Assembly: GCA_002633005.1 (NCBI GenBank)
Contig: NMRA01000548.1
Location: 1-64,000 of the forward strand
Reading direction: 5' to 3'
Length of the DNA: 64,000 bases
Origin: Phoronis australis
Lineage: Eukaryota > Animalia > Phoronida
Below are positions 26,468 to 39,586 of the stretch, one piece after another; the first letter of the stretch is position 1; each line of letters starts with the position of its first letter. The notes beneath the pieces are model-generated. The model saw only the letters and a list, made by a program, of their open reading frames with translations. It searched no databases and was not told the DNA's origin. The position numbers were made by a program, and so were the translations under genes.

Positions 26468-26760
26468 CCTGACACCGTATGGTTATGATCAACAAACATA
26501 TACTCTGATTACAGCTTAAAACATTTTAGCACTCGGCAAGTGACTTGGCAAAGATGGCAGAGCGGAAGTACACTTTTGAGTCTCCAAACATTAGAAATTT
26601 CTGCTGCTTCGTGCTGAGCCCAGAACCAGCCGGCGGGTTCAGCCGTTCCGTACTAGCCGCAATATCGCGTGCTTTTCTTGGAGTACAGGGTCGTTTTTCG
26701 AGATGTTCTTGTGGAAGAAAACACTGTGTACCTAAAACCGAAACAAGGTCCTCAAAAATT
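26468..26760 (-). promoter_or_regulatory. CpG-rich TATA-less promoter region of COG2
   Basis: Lies immediately upstream of the ATG at 26467, is CpG-dense, and has adjacent AAGATGGC (YY1-type, 26551-26558) and CGGAAGT (ETS-type, 26563-26569) motifs typical of housekeeping promoters. Confidence 0.5.
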
Positions 26761-27189
26761 GCCTAGAAATAAGAGTTGAGCACCCGAATAGGCATATAGT
26801 AACAAACCATGATGATGAACAAAATTTCAATATGAAAGTTCTTACAAAAAGTTCTGATGTTGTTCATAATCCTTATATAGAACTTTGCATCACCAACAGC
26901 CACTATCAAATTCAAAATTATTACAGATTAATAACGTAGAAAATAAATCTGAAACTAAATAATGCGATCCAGATCCTCTCATGAATACTATTGATTCACG
27001 AAATGTAGAATATATATATAAGTAAATAAAACAACAAGAATGGATCAACTGAAATTTTCGGATACAATGACATCCTTCGTCAACAGAAACAGAAATAAAG
27101 TAAAATCAAACACTATATGGCAATTGTCATTTAAGATGTGGCGTAATGAATATGATACATTGTTGCGGAAGAAAATTCAATGATATAAT

Positions 27190-27737
27190 TTAAGAAGTTT
27201 TTGTGTTTAATCCATTAGGTTCTAGTGTATTGAGCTTGTCTATCTAAAATTGTTCTCTTTTGAGTCTGTGAGGGGTACTGGGGTATTGGAGTTTTTCTAT
27301 TATTTGTACAGAAAGATCTTGAAGATTATGTGTTTTGGAATTGAAATGATTACCTATAGTATCAGAAATGTTTTTATGCATTATGTTAAATATATGATTA
27401 CGAAACCAAGTTTGTAGATCATGTTGAGTTTGTCCTAGGTATTGGATAGAACATTTTTTATATGTTATAAGGTAAATAATATTGTTGGTGGTGCAATCAG
27501 AATAATGTTTTATTTCAAAGTTTTCATTGGTTTGGGAAGACTGGAAGAAAGTAAGTACTATCGTTGATAAAGTTACACATTTTACATCTAGATTTGTTAC
27601 ATTGTGTGTTGCCAATAGGTGTGTCAGTTTGGTATATATTGTCGACATTAGCTTTAACTAAATAATGTTTTAGATTTTTACATTTTCTCCAAGAAATGAT
27701 AGGTGGATGAGGAAAATGATTTTTTATTTGAGGGATT
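27190..27737 (-). pseudogene. Decayed Penelope-like retroelement (PLE) GIY-YIG endonuclease fragment
   Basis: Two frames give PPIISWRKCKNLKHYLVKA...CNKSRCKMCNFI, then after a frameshift near 27550 DCTTNNIIYLITYKKCSIQYLGQT...NHFNSKTH...REQF*IDKLNTLEPNGLN. This covers the Cys-rich linker, the GIY-YIG (IIY...YLG) motifs and the C-terminal RE.FWI..L.T..P.GLN signature of PLE endonucleases. An in-frame TAG replaces the Trp at 27244-27246. Confidence 0.85.
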
Positions 27738-30700
27738 AAAAATGCCTATTAGTCACGTCATGAAATTGTAATATCAGGGCCTGATAACAGCCTGTACAAG
27801 TTTCAGTCGTGAACCCAACTTGAAAGTACGTCAGCAAACACTAGAAGAAACTAATTTCTAGTAGAACGAGTAGACTACATGTATCACGGAATAATAATTT
27901 TCATTTGATATGGATATGAGTTTAGTCATGTCCAACTGTAGGAAATGCAGTTCTCGTTCCCTCATAGTGAGTATTTTCGTCGTTAGCATCATCACCAGAT
28001 ACCACTGACTGCCATGGTTTTATAATAATAGCATCGGATTACTCCAACGTTCACTGACCTTGAATGCTGTACGACCTTTTTATCTTTTGGCAAAGTGAAT
28101 TACGTGGGCGGACGCGACTTGTGAGACTGTTTTTCGTCAAGACACCGCACGTTACGTGTCAACCAATTTAAGGATATTGCACTGAGTCAATAGAAAAGTG
28201 TCTAAAATAAGGAACCGCCCAATGAGGTTTACAACTGCTGTCTTGTTCAATTTGGAGTACTTCTATGATAAAACACTGATCTCTTATCTGATACTTTAGG
28301 CTACATGTTACACATTTTCCATAGTACCGTACCGTAAAAGTTAAAACCTCAGTGGTATAGTAATATCATCGCACTTTGATGTACCGGTTAAAAATGCAGC
28401 AACTTCGAATATGAGGCCAATTAAGTCTTATATTCACATAAAGGCCTTACCGTTTCCTTGCCGGTAAAAGGCAAGTCGTCACTTTTCTGTGCTTTCAGCC
28501 AATTATAATATAGCCATGGTCAAACTGATAAATGGATTTGTTTTGATGATTTCAACTAATCCTCGTTCTGTCACCTGCTAATGCAACATGATTGGCGTCA
28601 ATCTTCCAAGATAAAAGCGAGAATCATCTGAAAAGTCATACTCCTCACAGATTGGACATTATTGTGCTTTTGGTTTTTTCCCACAGTTGTCGTTAAAAGT
28701 GTAGGCCAAGCTTGCCCGTAAAGCAGACTTTGAAAGGTGTCAAAATTTCCTCCCGCCTTTTGAGGGTTGTAGAGGATTCACAGAGCATTATTTAGTTTCA
28801 GAGAACTGGATGGGAAAGACATTTATAGTATCTGTTAATAAGCCAAAACCAGGTTTGGTATCCTTTTAAATTCTGCCAAACACAGTTAGTAAAATATTGG
28901 TCGGGCTAAAACCATTCCAAAGTAGTGAAAACCAACACCTGTTGTGAATTTCTTACATTTAGTGCTTGAAAATTAATGTTTTTGTTCCCGCCAGATTGCA
29001 GACGGCCATCAATATGAAAACATGGTTGTATAACAGCCAAATAGAAGGAACTTGTATGCCAGGTTTTACGGTACATGAGCTATGAATAGGACAACACAAA
29101 ACGACGGAGAACTGTCTCGTCGGAATTATATAACAAAGATTGAAGTAACGAAAAAACATACCGTGAGACAATGCAATGCATTTTAATGAGAAGTGACTGG
29201 AACGTGACGTCACGCACATTAATGTTGCTTGCCCATTGGGGTGACGGTAACAAAAAAGTGTTTCGGAGCAACAAAAAATTAACACTAGCGTGAGAAAAAA
29301 TAAAGATCGATGAACATTTCGCAAGGTTGGTCAGTGAGCGTCCATCTTTGTACGAGGCACTTTTTATGTAACGAACGAAAAGACAGACAACTTGTTAATA
29401 CATTATTGCGATGTATCAACCAATTAAGTTCAATATTTTTTCTTTAATTTTGAGATAAGATTTAACAAAGCAGATATCCTGTAGATCTGAAAGTGCGAAC
29501 GCCTCCCACAACAATTTTTTATCTTGTGCGAGACATCCATAGATAATTAAAAATAAAAATTTTAATGTGAGAAATCGTCTTTTTGACAATATCTTGCAAA
29601 ATTTTATTTCCATTCGAATTAAGCAAAGACATTTTCACAACACTGAACCATTTCCGTTACAAAGCCATTCTTGTTGCCGGGCGATAATCAAGCGAGCACA
29701 GAATAAGAAAAATATGTATTTTTCCTTGTAAAAGGTTGTTTACTTGCCATTGAGTTTTAGGAAAAATTTCAGAAAAAATAATCGTATTTATTTTCTATAC
29801 TCAAGCAAAGATAAAAGGTTGCAAAGTCGACATCTTGCCAAATAAGCTAAATAAAGGGGCATTACCTTTTAAAGTGACACAATCGGCAACAATGACAATT
29901 AAGCAATAGTATAATGCACAAAGTTCCACATAATCACACAAATGTATCTCAGACTACACTTCAATAATTGTTTGGAGCTTTTCTTTCAAAACAAGGTCGA
30001 TTTTGTTACGCGAATGTGTTTTTATTTTGCTCAGTGAATTTTGGCAAAAATCTGCAATATCAGTAATCACGGTTTTCCCGGCTACTGAGCCAATTGACCC
30101 TCACGTCAACTGCCATGGTTGCACTAAGGCTCAGTCTCCCGTCACGTGATTTTTTAGTTCAGGCGGGCGCTCAGTAGCGCTACTGACCTACGCTAGGACC
30201 TCGCTGGTTCCCTGCGTGCCGCTACGTCAGTAGACAGCGCGTGCCGCAGGGAACCAGAGAGCGCTATGACCTAACTAATCTAGCCAAACTCACGTGCTCT
30301 CATTCATCATACACGGCAGTATCTCACGTAATCTCGCGAAGTGTTGCTTTTTAGCGAGGTCCTAGCGTTACTGAACGGGAGGCAGGCATGATGTCCATCA
30401 ACAGAGCACTCTGATAAAGTCACGGCCCAAATTGTTTCGATAACTAGAGAGTTCAGTGACGCAAGAATCTCGGTAAAACGAGACTTCGCGAGATTACGCG
30501 AGCTACTGTGTGTTTTCATTGAGAGCACTCCTAGTTTGGCGCTAGACAGCTCAGCCCATCACCGATGTTATCGCATCTTCAACGCGGTTTGGCCACTAGG
30601 AGAGTGATCGAATTTTGTAAAACTAGTTGCCAACTGACCGAGATCATTTGAAAATTTTAACACTGGACAGATAATCAATTTTATATTAATAAGCATGAAT

Positions 30701-30944
30701 ACCAAATGAGCGGCTCAGTGTTCCTGGAACTTAGACCGGGACAAGCGGAATGCAAACCCCCGACCGGCACCCCGGCGGCTACAAGAGCACTGAGCTCGGG
30801 GTATCTGGAAATGCTCAACTCATATATAGTCGCACGATAGTTCAGCGCTCGATTTCGTAACCCACAACCCTCTACTTCGGTTCGTCGCCCCTTTTTCTCA
30901 TACAAACTGAGGTCAACGAGATCACTCCGTTGGCTAATTCGTAC

Positions 30945-31798
30945 CCGGCTGACGGGCCGGGCTTTCTTCGGCGAAAGCAACAGTTAACCACTTGAAATCA
31001 CGAAGCCTGACAGCTGACGAGGTTGCCACTTTCGTTAGAAATCGAACGGAAATCACAAAAATACAATACTTATTGTGCTTTTTTGTAACTCTGGCCAACT
31101 GCTCGCAATTTCAAGGAGTCAATCTGATCCAAAAATAACCCCCAACATGTGTTTTTCGGTCGTAAACCGATTATGTCAAGACGAGAATAACTTTTTATTC
31201 ACGTAGAATACCAAAACACTGACGGGTTATCAGGGCGCAGCAAACATTTACATACTCGACTGACGCGATGTTGAATATAAGCTACCGGCTTTCAAGCTCA
31301 GTACTTTCCGAAACCTAGTACTAGAGGCGGATCTACGGGGGGGGGGTTCAGGGGNNNNNNNNNNNNNNNNNNNNNNNNNNNNNNNNNNNNNNNNCCGGCT
31401 GACGGGCCGGGCTTTCTTCGGCGAAAGCAACAGTTAACCACTTGAAATCACGAAGCCTGACAGCTGACGAGGTTGCCACCTTCGTTAGAAATCGAACGGA
31501 AATCACAAAAATACAATACTTATTGTGCTTTTTTGTAACTCTGGCCAACTGCTCGCAATTTCAAGGAGTCAATCTTATCCAAAAATAACCCCCAACATGT
31601 GTTTTTCGGTCGTAAACCGATTATGTCAAGACGAGAATAACTTTTTATTCACGTAGAATACCAAAACACTGACGGGTTATCAGGGCGCAGCAAACATTTA
31701 CATACTCGGCTGACGCGATGTTGAATATGAGCTACCGGCTTTCAAGCTACTTTCCGAAACCTAGTACCAGAGGCGGATCTACGGGGGGGGGGGGGTTC
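30945..31798. repeat. ~400 bp direct duplication flanking a 40-N gap (probable assembly artefact)
   Basis: 30945-31354 matches 31395-31798 with few differences; Ns at 31355-31394 and 31799. Confidence 0.88.
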
Positions 31799-31932
31799 NC
31801 CACTAAAAACCACAAAAAATCGTACGGCGGTAGGGGGGAAACCCCCTCCCGACCTTCCTTCCGCCCGTCGCTACGCGCCTTGCATTCACTCGAATCCTAC
31901 CCCCCCCCCTTTAAAACGTAGATCTGCCACTG
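31768..31932. mobile_element. Short GC-ended MITE
   Basis: CAGAGGCGGATCTACG ... CGTAGATCTGCCACTG form 16 bp inverted termini with 2 mismatches; G-runs lie inside the left end and C-runs inside the right end. Confidence 0.6.
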
Positions 31933-32769
31933 TCAACTCTAATAGTTGATCGACATACGCGTTCAATTAGAAAAATCAACTGAGAATAACATTTACAACG
32001 ATTGTAACAAGTGCGTGCATTTCGTTAAAATTTTATTCTAGCCGAGCAACGCGAAGGGTTAAAATGAGCCCTCGAGTCGTCAACGGTATGCTTCTAGGGA
32101 TGGATTTTTGTCATCGAAAAGTGGCAATGCTGATGTAACGCCGCGGCTGTTGTGTGATTGAGGAGCCTAGTACACGACTGAGTAGACGGCTGATGACGAG
32201 GCCGAGTACAAAGCAGACTAAGTGGTTGGAATCTGAGCTATCTGTAGGATTCGCAGAGAGAAACTACGCGCGTTGTAGGCTATTAGTGTGTTGCCTTTAT
32301 TTCTCTAAGTCATGGTTGTGAAGCAGATGGATACATGTGGCCAAAATGCACTAGACTTCATGATTCACATAAATACAAATTTCAACAGTAAACAACTCTC
32401 AGAACTAAAGGAAGAATCATAGGAACTTGACTATGTGTCTGCCATATATGGTAATGGTCATCTGTGTCTGGCAACTGTTCTGTGAATGACCATTACCTCA
32501 TCTGTTTACTACAGAGATAATCAAAACAGAAGAGTCGCTGAATTACTCACGTAATGTATAACTATCTTTGACGCAACTGTAAGCCAAAACAAGTTAGCCA
32601 AAACATACCAGAAACATGTTAGCAAAACCAATAATATTCACATTGATACAATCAAAATCAGCATACTTAGTAAAATTATATCATGGACTTCACGACAGAG
32701 GCACTGTCAAAAAACAAATTGCTGTTAGGAGACATCATAGCGGCGGTAGTCGGATCCGCATATCTGATG

Positions 32770-33560
32770 GTTCAGTCCGGACTACTTTGATACCAAGTTT
32801 CACTAAGATCCTAAAAGGGGCTTAGGAGATACAGTCGTAAATTCAAAGCTGCCACTACAGGGCACAACAGCTAGTAGTCGGACACATCCGAAATGAATGT
32901 TGGCCAGCCGTGTTCATACGCTGATTTCCAGTCTACCAATTTCCATAATCTGGGTTTCGGGTTTACAATTAAAGGAAGACTGAAAGCAATGACCGCTAGG
33001 TGTAAAATACGCCGAATCCGTCAAAAATGGAAAAGTGATGTCCTGTCCATAATTGAAACTTATTTTTCTGAAATTTCATCATGAAAGTACTCGGTCAAGG
33101 AACTTTGTTCAAAGATACAGAAGCAAACTAAAATAGTCACTATAGGGTGTACAACGGTAGTCATTTCCTTCCAAAAGTTGTGGCCAGCCGTTAATTGTCT
33201 CATTCATAGCATAACACTTCCAAAATTTCGCAAGGATCTTGCAAAGGGAGGAGTCACCGAGCCGTGGACGCAAAAGAACAAAATCGCCACTAGGAAGCGC
33301 TACAGTAGTTAGACTCGGGAAGTAAACGTCTTCCACTCAAACTACCAATTTTCCTTATCCTTTGAGCGATTTGGCAGGTTGAGAGGCGGGCGTCAAAAAT
33401 GGACGTCGTCGTTTTAATCGAAGCCTATTTGTCAAATTTCATGAAAATCTTTTAGATACACAGGCAAAGGTAACCAAATAAAATCGAAACTAAGGAGCTT
33501 AACGAAAGTCAGACTCGGGTCCGAAAGTGGCCAATCGCTTCTTAGAAATACGTTTTCCAA
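32770..33560 (+). repeat. Diverged member of the subunit-repeat family also seen at 19.6-20.5 kb
   Basis: Recurrent blocks (cc)aaatttcatgaa..., gatac.., aaa(t)cgccactagg / gtcactatagg and tacagtagt(c/t) are shared with the COG2 intron-1 repeat. Confidence 0.55.
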
Positions 33561-36500
33561 ATCTCATTGCTATCCTACCGGAGGCTTAGAAGATAGAGCT
33601 GCGTACATCGGACGCCGGACGCATCCGAACCCCGGATGGCCCATACAGAGATGATGGCAACATGTGTAGGCCTATACCTGGACGCATAAAAACTGAAGAA
33701 TTTAACACTGCAACGGTATATAATTCTGAAAGTTCAAAGTGAATAGAATTTACTTCCTGTGCTTATCTACCATTAGTTAAATCACGTGACTTCAGTAAAA
33801 ACGAAAGGTGCATTTGTAGCAAACAAAGGATTCAATAACCTGACAAAAATACTTACATGATAAAACACATTTTTATTTTTGTTTGCTTCATTGCAACTTT
33901 GGAGTTTTTTCATAGTGATCATAAAGGTCGCAAATTTCGACAGCAACTTGAACGAAATGTTATAAAATCAATTCCTAATAACAGAGTTTTGGAGAAGAGT
34001 GTACAAAATGTAAACCAAAAGTTTCATCTGAACTGAATGAATACGGCCAACTACTTCGAGACATCTGATGTTTCGACGTTAGACACTTTTTAACGTTTTT
34101 GTCAGCCTGCAGTACTCACTAATCGTGAAATAAATAGTTCGCTTGACGAATATTTTTTTACAAATATCTTTATAACCTGCGACTTATTCAAAATTTAGCT
34201 GAAAACGAATTCGGTTTTCTGACATAATGAGCACACACTGAGTACTTAGTTGACATGCTTTCACTTGTAATCCACCTGAGTCGGAACACCAAGTGTATTT
34301 CCCCTTAGCTGAAGAGTCAAGGATTCGCAGATCAAAATGAGCTTCGTTTACACCAGGCTTTTTAAAGACTAAGCATAGAAATATTCAACATTTTCCATAT
34401 GCTGTACAATAGGAGAAATGCAAATTGATGGTGCGGACATTTGGCCTGAAGAACGGGTTTGGACATATAGTAACGGCACGTTGTGAATTTCAGAGCACTA
34501 TTGTTTCAATAGTGAGGTCTTGACGCTAAATGCTGTTGTATCTTGATATATGTTACGCACGTTTGTGCAATTACCGGGTGCAAGCCCGCTAGAGTAAACT
34601 CGAACCACAGACCTGTTTGTTTGCTCGAGGAATAAGCTTACATAGTTTCTGTAACCACTTGAAGTGCGTAGGAAACTATTCAACTGAAATAATAATACAT
34701 TAAAATATCTCACCATGCATATATCTTACCTAGTACAGCATAGTTTTCCGTGTTATATCAAAACATGGGTGTTGGGCGGTAAAATTGTTTGTTTGGTATA
34801 CAAGGAAATAAATGAGCGTCTAAGTGTTTTTGTGCAACGACATGTGGACAAAAGGTTGTGGAGTGCCGCAAGTAGAAGGCTAATCAAACCGACTTGTCAA
34901 AACAAATGCTAGATCTTCCATAGTTACAAATATATTGCTATAGAGATAAGCGCACTGCGCCCACGAAAATTAGACAGCGAAACGGAAGCTGTCTGTCAAT
35001 GCATGAATAACGCAGAGACGAAACAGGTTTTGATGAGATGTTTCGTATGCAGCAGGGGGCAAAACCAGACAAAATATGTTGTCCATGTACAGTGCATGTG
35101 CAAGTGTGAATGCCGAAGAGTGCGATCGATGTGACCGATAAGACCCTGCCAAACCAATCTCGCATTGACTGAGAACGTCCCATCATAAGGTTATATAGGC
35201 CTATATCCACAAGTCCGTGTATTGAATCAAATACCTACAACACTATAGATTTTAACCCGGTAAAAGTACACACCTGTTGACAATGGAATGCCTGAAGAAA
35301 TAAATTTCTAGCTTGATACCAATTTGACATTAATTGGGTCAAGTGAACATGTCCTTTTGGTAAAACAAAAGGTACATTCATAACAAACCAACGGCATCAA
35401 TAACATGACCAAATATCATTTGATATAAATGTTCAAGATCAAAAAGGCTGATAAAGTTTATTAAACTGTAACCTCGAGTCCGTTATATACAACTTTTGAC
35501 TTTTTAAGTGAAACATTTTAACAAAAATTCATGGAAAACAGTGCAAAAGGCAAAGTTTTAGAAAGTTTCATATGAACGCAGTCAGGCATTCCTGAGGTAT
35601 GTTGTTCCGAAGTGAAATTTGGACATTTCTCTAGGGTCGCACATAACCTTATCACCCTGATGAAATTGGCAGCTATGGCCAAAAACATGCCTCGAAAGCG
35701 ACACCGTCCACAGATTGTGCAATGCTTGACGCCGTCACGGCGATGTAGTTCTCGTTATGTTGTCAAGAATTCTGACTGTGGCCCTTAGATCGGTTCCCTC
35801 GGTTTTCCCCAGTTGTATATCGTGTCGAGGACTTCCGTGTTGTGTCAGAACTCTTACATTCGAATACATGGAACGACACACTCCTATAAAGTGTCAAACG
35901 CGTTTCTTTTCTTTGTAGGAAACAAAACGCAAGCTAAAGAACCAGCAATCGATGTGCGTACAATTTTTTTTCTCACGCCAACGAAATTACTATATCCCTT
36001 CGATCACTTTCGGTGGAGGACAACTAGATATTAGAATCGAATTGTCCGTCATTCGAAGCCAGTCCGCCTCCAGGACCGACGACTTGAGAATATACTGCAA
36101 TTCCTTGTCAAAATAAGACCACGCACACTACATCAATTCCGTACATAACATTTTTTTTGTCTGATTGGTCGCCTGGTTTCCGGACGGTTTGATTAGATAC
36201 TCACTTCTCATTACAATGGACTGAAAACTGTTGTTCAACGGATTTTATTCAGGGGTATGAAACGTCAGTGATTCGTTGCTTACATGGTCACTCAACCAGA
36301 GGCAAAAGCCATCGGTCTAAGACCCTAACTGATTAATAAAGCAGCAATTGCATAAATTCTGTTTAGAAACGAACAGTTTTTCGCTGTTTAACCTTTAGTA
36401 CTTGCTATCCAAACATTTCGAAAGCTAACAGAATTTTCGACAATCCAATCGAGATTGTAACGATCTTTAATTGGTTTTATTTATTCTTTATTTAGACTGG

Positions 36501-39500
36501 GTTGCCCAATCAGTGGGGACCACTGTTCTCCCGCGAGAGGTCCTGTCAAAACAAGCACAATACCACCAGACACAAACAAATCACATAAAACTTAAATCTA
36601 TAAAATCATTGCTAAACATACAACAACGTGGAAAATGTGAATACAAAAAGACTAGAGTCAACTAAAAAGCATGGAAGTCTTTAAAATTGTATAACTATCA
36701 CAGTGTTTATGATTACTTATCGTTAGAGTCTTTAAAGTGTGTTCTGCGACGCATAGTTGTCTTCATATTCTGAAAGGTTGATGGACAACGATCTTCTTTT
36801 TTCAGTTATTCTTTGGAAACCGTTGCCTGTGTATTCAAACTTAGCCCGTCGGAGAAAAGTACTAGCGAAAGCAATGAGCTGACCGCCCTCTGTGGGCGGC
36901 GGTTAACTCAGAGGAAAAGAATACACCTCGAGTCTGAAATCATCGATCAAGGGTATACCACCACGGTAGCAAGCCAACACAAATGCTTTTTAATTTTAAA
37001 GGCCGATTTTTTCACGGATGTATCAAAGCACATATCTAATTGCGGTGAAAAGGGATAAGGGAAAAAGCAACAGCTGGTTAGTTAAAAATGGTCTTCAGTC
37101 AAACATCTGAAAGAAATGACACCCGTCTCAATTTCTGTGTCCCTCGTCCAGTTCCTCTGCTACGGAAATGTGTATTCCATTGGTGGCATTCTATTTGACC
37201 CAATGGCGGAGAAAGAAAGGACACGACAGGGTCCAATCTAAAAGGCTGTGGGCTGACTAAAAGCTCACCCCTCTCTCCAGTGATTATGGTACTAGGGATC
37301 GGGTGACACAGTTTTTGCACCACTACTTCGCTGTAGTCAGTGAACCCTATTGGTTGTGTAAGTGAATTTAGCCAACGATGAAAAGGAGACGGGGACTGAA
37401 AGTGTGTCCGACGTGTTCACGTACACCTCCTACGGTCACTCTGATACAGGAAGTAAGCCCCGATCGTTTCATGTTTCCATGACGACAAATTTTATAGTTC
37501 AACGAATAAGGGCACGCATAAACTTAAACAGGGACGTCTTCCGTAGACACGAAAGGCTCACGAACATAAGATTACGCAAAACTTCGCGAGATATCGTCAT
37601 GCGCGATAAGCTTTACGGAACGTAGCCCCGGTTATCCAGGGGCGCGTTTTCTAGATGCAAGACACTCGCACGTGAAGCTAACGTAACTATATGCTTCATT
37701 TGTGATGCAAGCGTTATCTTGCAAACACTGACGTGATCTCATCTTTCTTACAAAAACGTAGTGCTCTGCAGAACACAGTCTAACTCATGTTCTTTCCGTC
37801 AGGCGATCTCTAGCCAAAAGCAGGACTGCAGAGCACTTGAAGCTGAATAAAATAGCGCTTGTGCTCTTCTTGCTTGAGAACTCGGGGCGGGACCGTGAAT
37901 TCAAAAGGACCAAACAGTGCAGAACAAAAACGTAGCTCAGCACTTTGTGCCGTTGTATGTTGCAGCGAATTTCTCCGCGTAACTAATTAGAATCCCTATG
38001 CTTTTCTAATTCAATAAGTGTTGCTTTTATCCTAAGACGTATCACATTTCAAAACAAATCTCCGTTGAAAGTGTAGTGACAGAACACTCGGTCTTGTTTT
38101 TCAGCGATTTGCTTTCAATTTTCCATCACCTTTGTCCAGTTTTTTCGTCATCGTAGCTGCGCGCCTGAAGTCAATTTTACCGAATTCGTAAAACAAATAT
38201 AACCGATCAGGTAACTTCGCAAGTTGCCAACTTCCAAGAACGTAGTCAAGTGACGCAAGTGGTATTTGAAAAGGGAATTGAACGCAGTTGGAAAAGTGTT
38301 GCAAAACATATGAGAAAATAGAATTACCGTGATTGCCAATGAAAATATTTACGTCTTTTTCCTAGGTCGGAATATATTGGAACCGGATTTTCGGTAATTG
38401 GTTAATGGGGCTAAGGGACAAACTAACACGAGAGAGCTATTTCTTTGGGGATTCTGGGTAAATTTTGGAAGCGCCAGGTTCAATTTTGAACCAGGGTACT
38501 TCTTCAAAGTTGCGCTGTTTTGGCATGCTGGAGTACCAAGGTCCTGTTGCATAAAATCAATGCACTAAAGATTTTAACCTCCATACGCTTTCGGGGCTTC
38601 TCTCCGACAAAATGGGATGTACGACCAATGCATAGAAAATTTCCAAATGTTACAGGACAATGAAGGATCTAGGGTCCCGCAACCAAAGTACAATCGTGAA
38701 AAGTAAAACATTCACCCATTCCAAAAATAGCAAGCTGCCGACGTTTTTGTATGATGTCCGTATGATGGAGAGGGTGACCCCGTGCCCTCCGCTCCCCCCA
38801 AATCCGCCTATCCAGGATTTCATGAAATGAATGAAAAGCTCGCCTTGGACTAAGCCAACTACAATACCAAGTTCAAGTAAGTGCTCAATTGCTTGCTAAT
38901 TTGCTTGCCACTACGGAATCTTCCAGTGGTTAATTTTATGCACCGCAACATGTGCAGGATCATGACCTGGAAAATGAATATTTTTGCTGTTTATTCCTCT
39001 CGCGTGATGAGAACGAACAAAACTGGTCTTAATTACTGATCAAATACTACGAATAAGCCTCAGCTTGAACCTGTCTTTGATTTTTGAATTCTGATTGACA
39101 CTTGTCAAATTAGCTACACGTAAACATCTGTTTTTGTTCCGATGGTGACCTATGGAGAATCTAATTATAAAACTGTGATAAACACGTCGCTAGATATAAG
39201 TCGACTGGAAAAATTCCCAAAATGCAAATCACTGTATTGGCAAAGAGTGCCTGAGAATGTTTTGGAAACTGGGGTCCAAAAAGCATGCCGCTGTTCAATT
39301 AAATTCATTAAAATGCCCGAGCAGTGACCAAAATTGTGATTTTCAAATATTCATCTGCAAGTTCATTGAACTGTCTGGTTCCCAATGGGCAAAATTTATT
39401 ATTGCAACTGTTTCCTAGGTTATTTTAACCAAGAACCATTCTGCTCAGTAGCCGGGCGCTGTATGAATCAGCATTGCCCTAGCGTTTTCAACATGGCGCC

Positions 39501-39586
39501 CCAGTTCCGAAAATACAGTTCACTTCCGAGTGACGTAAGATCATGACTAATACGCACCGCGATTGCCTAACGTGCACGTGTATCGA

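Noticed and set aside
26545-26766. Divergent ORF at the COG2 promoter (MAERKYTF...)
   Set aside because: No recognisable domain or downstream exon; the ATG coincides with a YY1-type motif and the open frame is explained by higher GC.
26809-26860. C/D box snoRNA-like ATGATGA...CTGA
   Set aside because: Only ~50 nt, AT-rich, intergenic, and without a recognisable guide.
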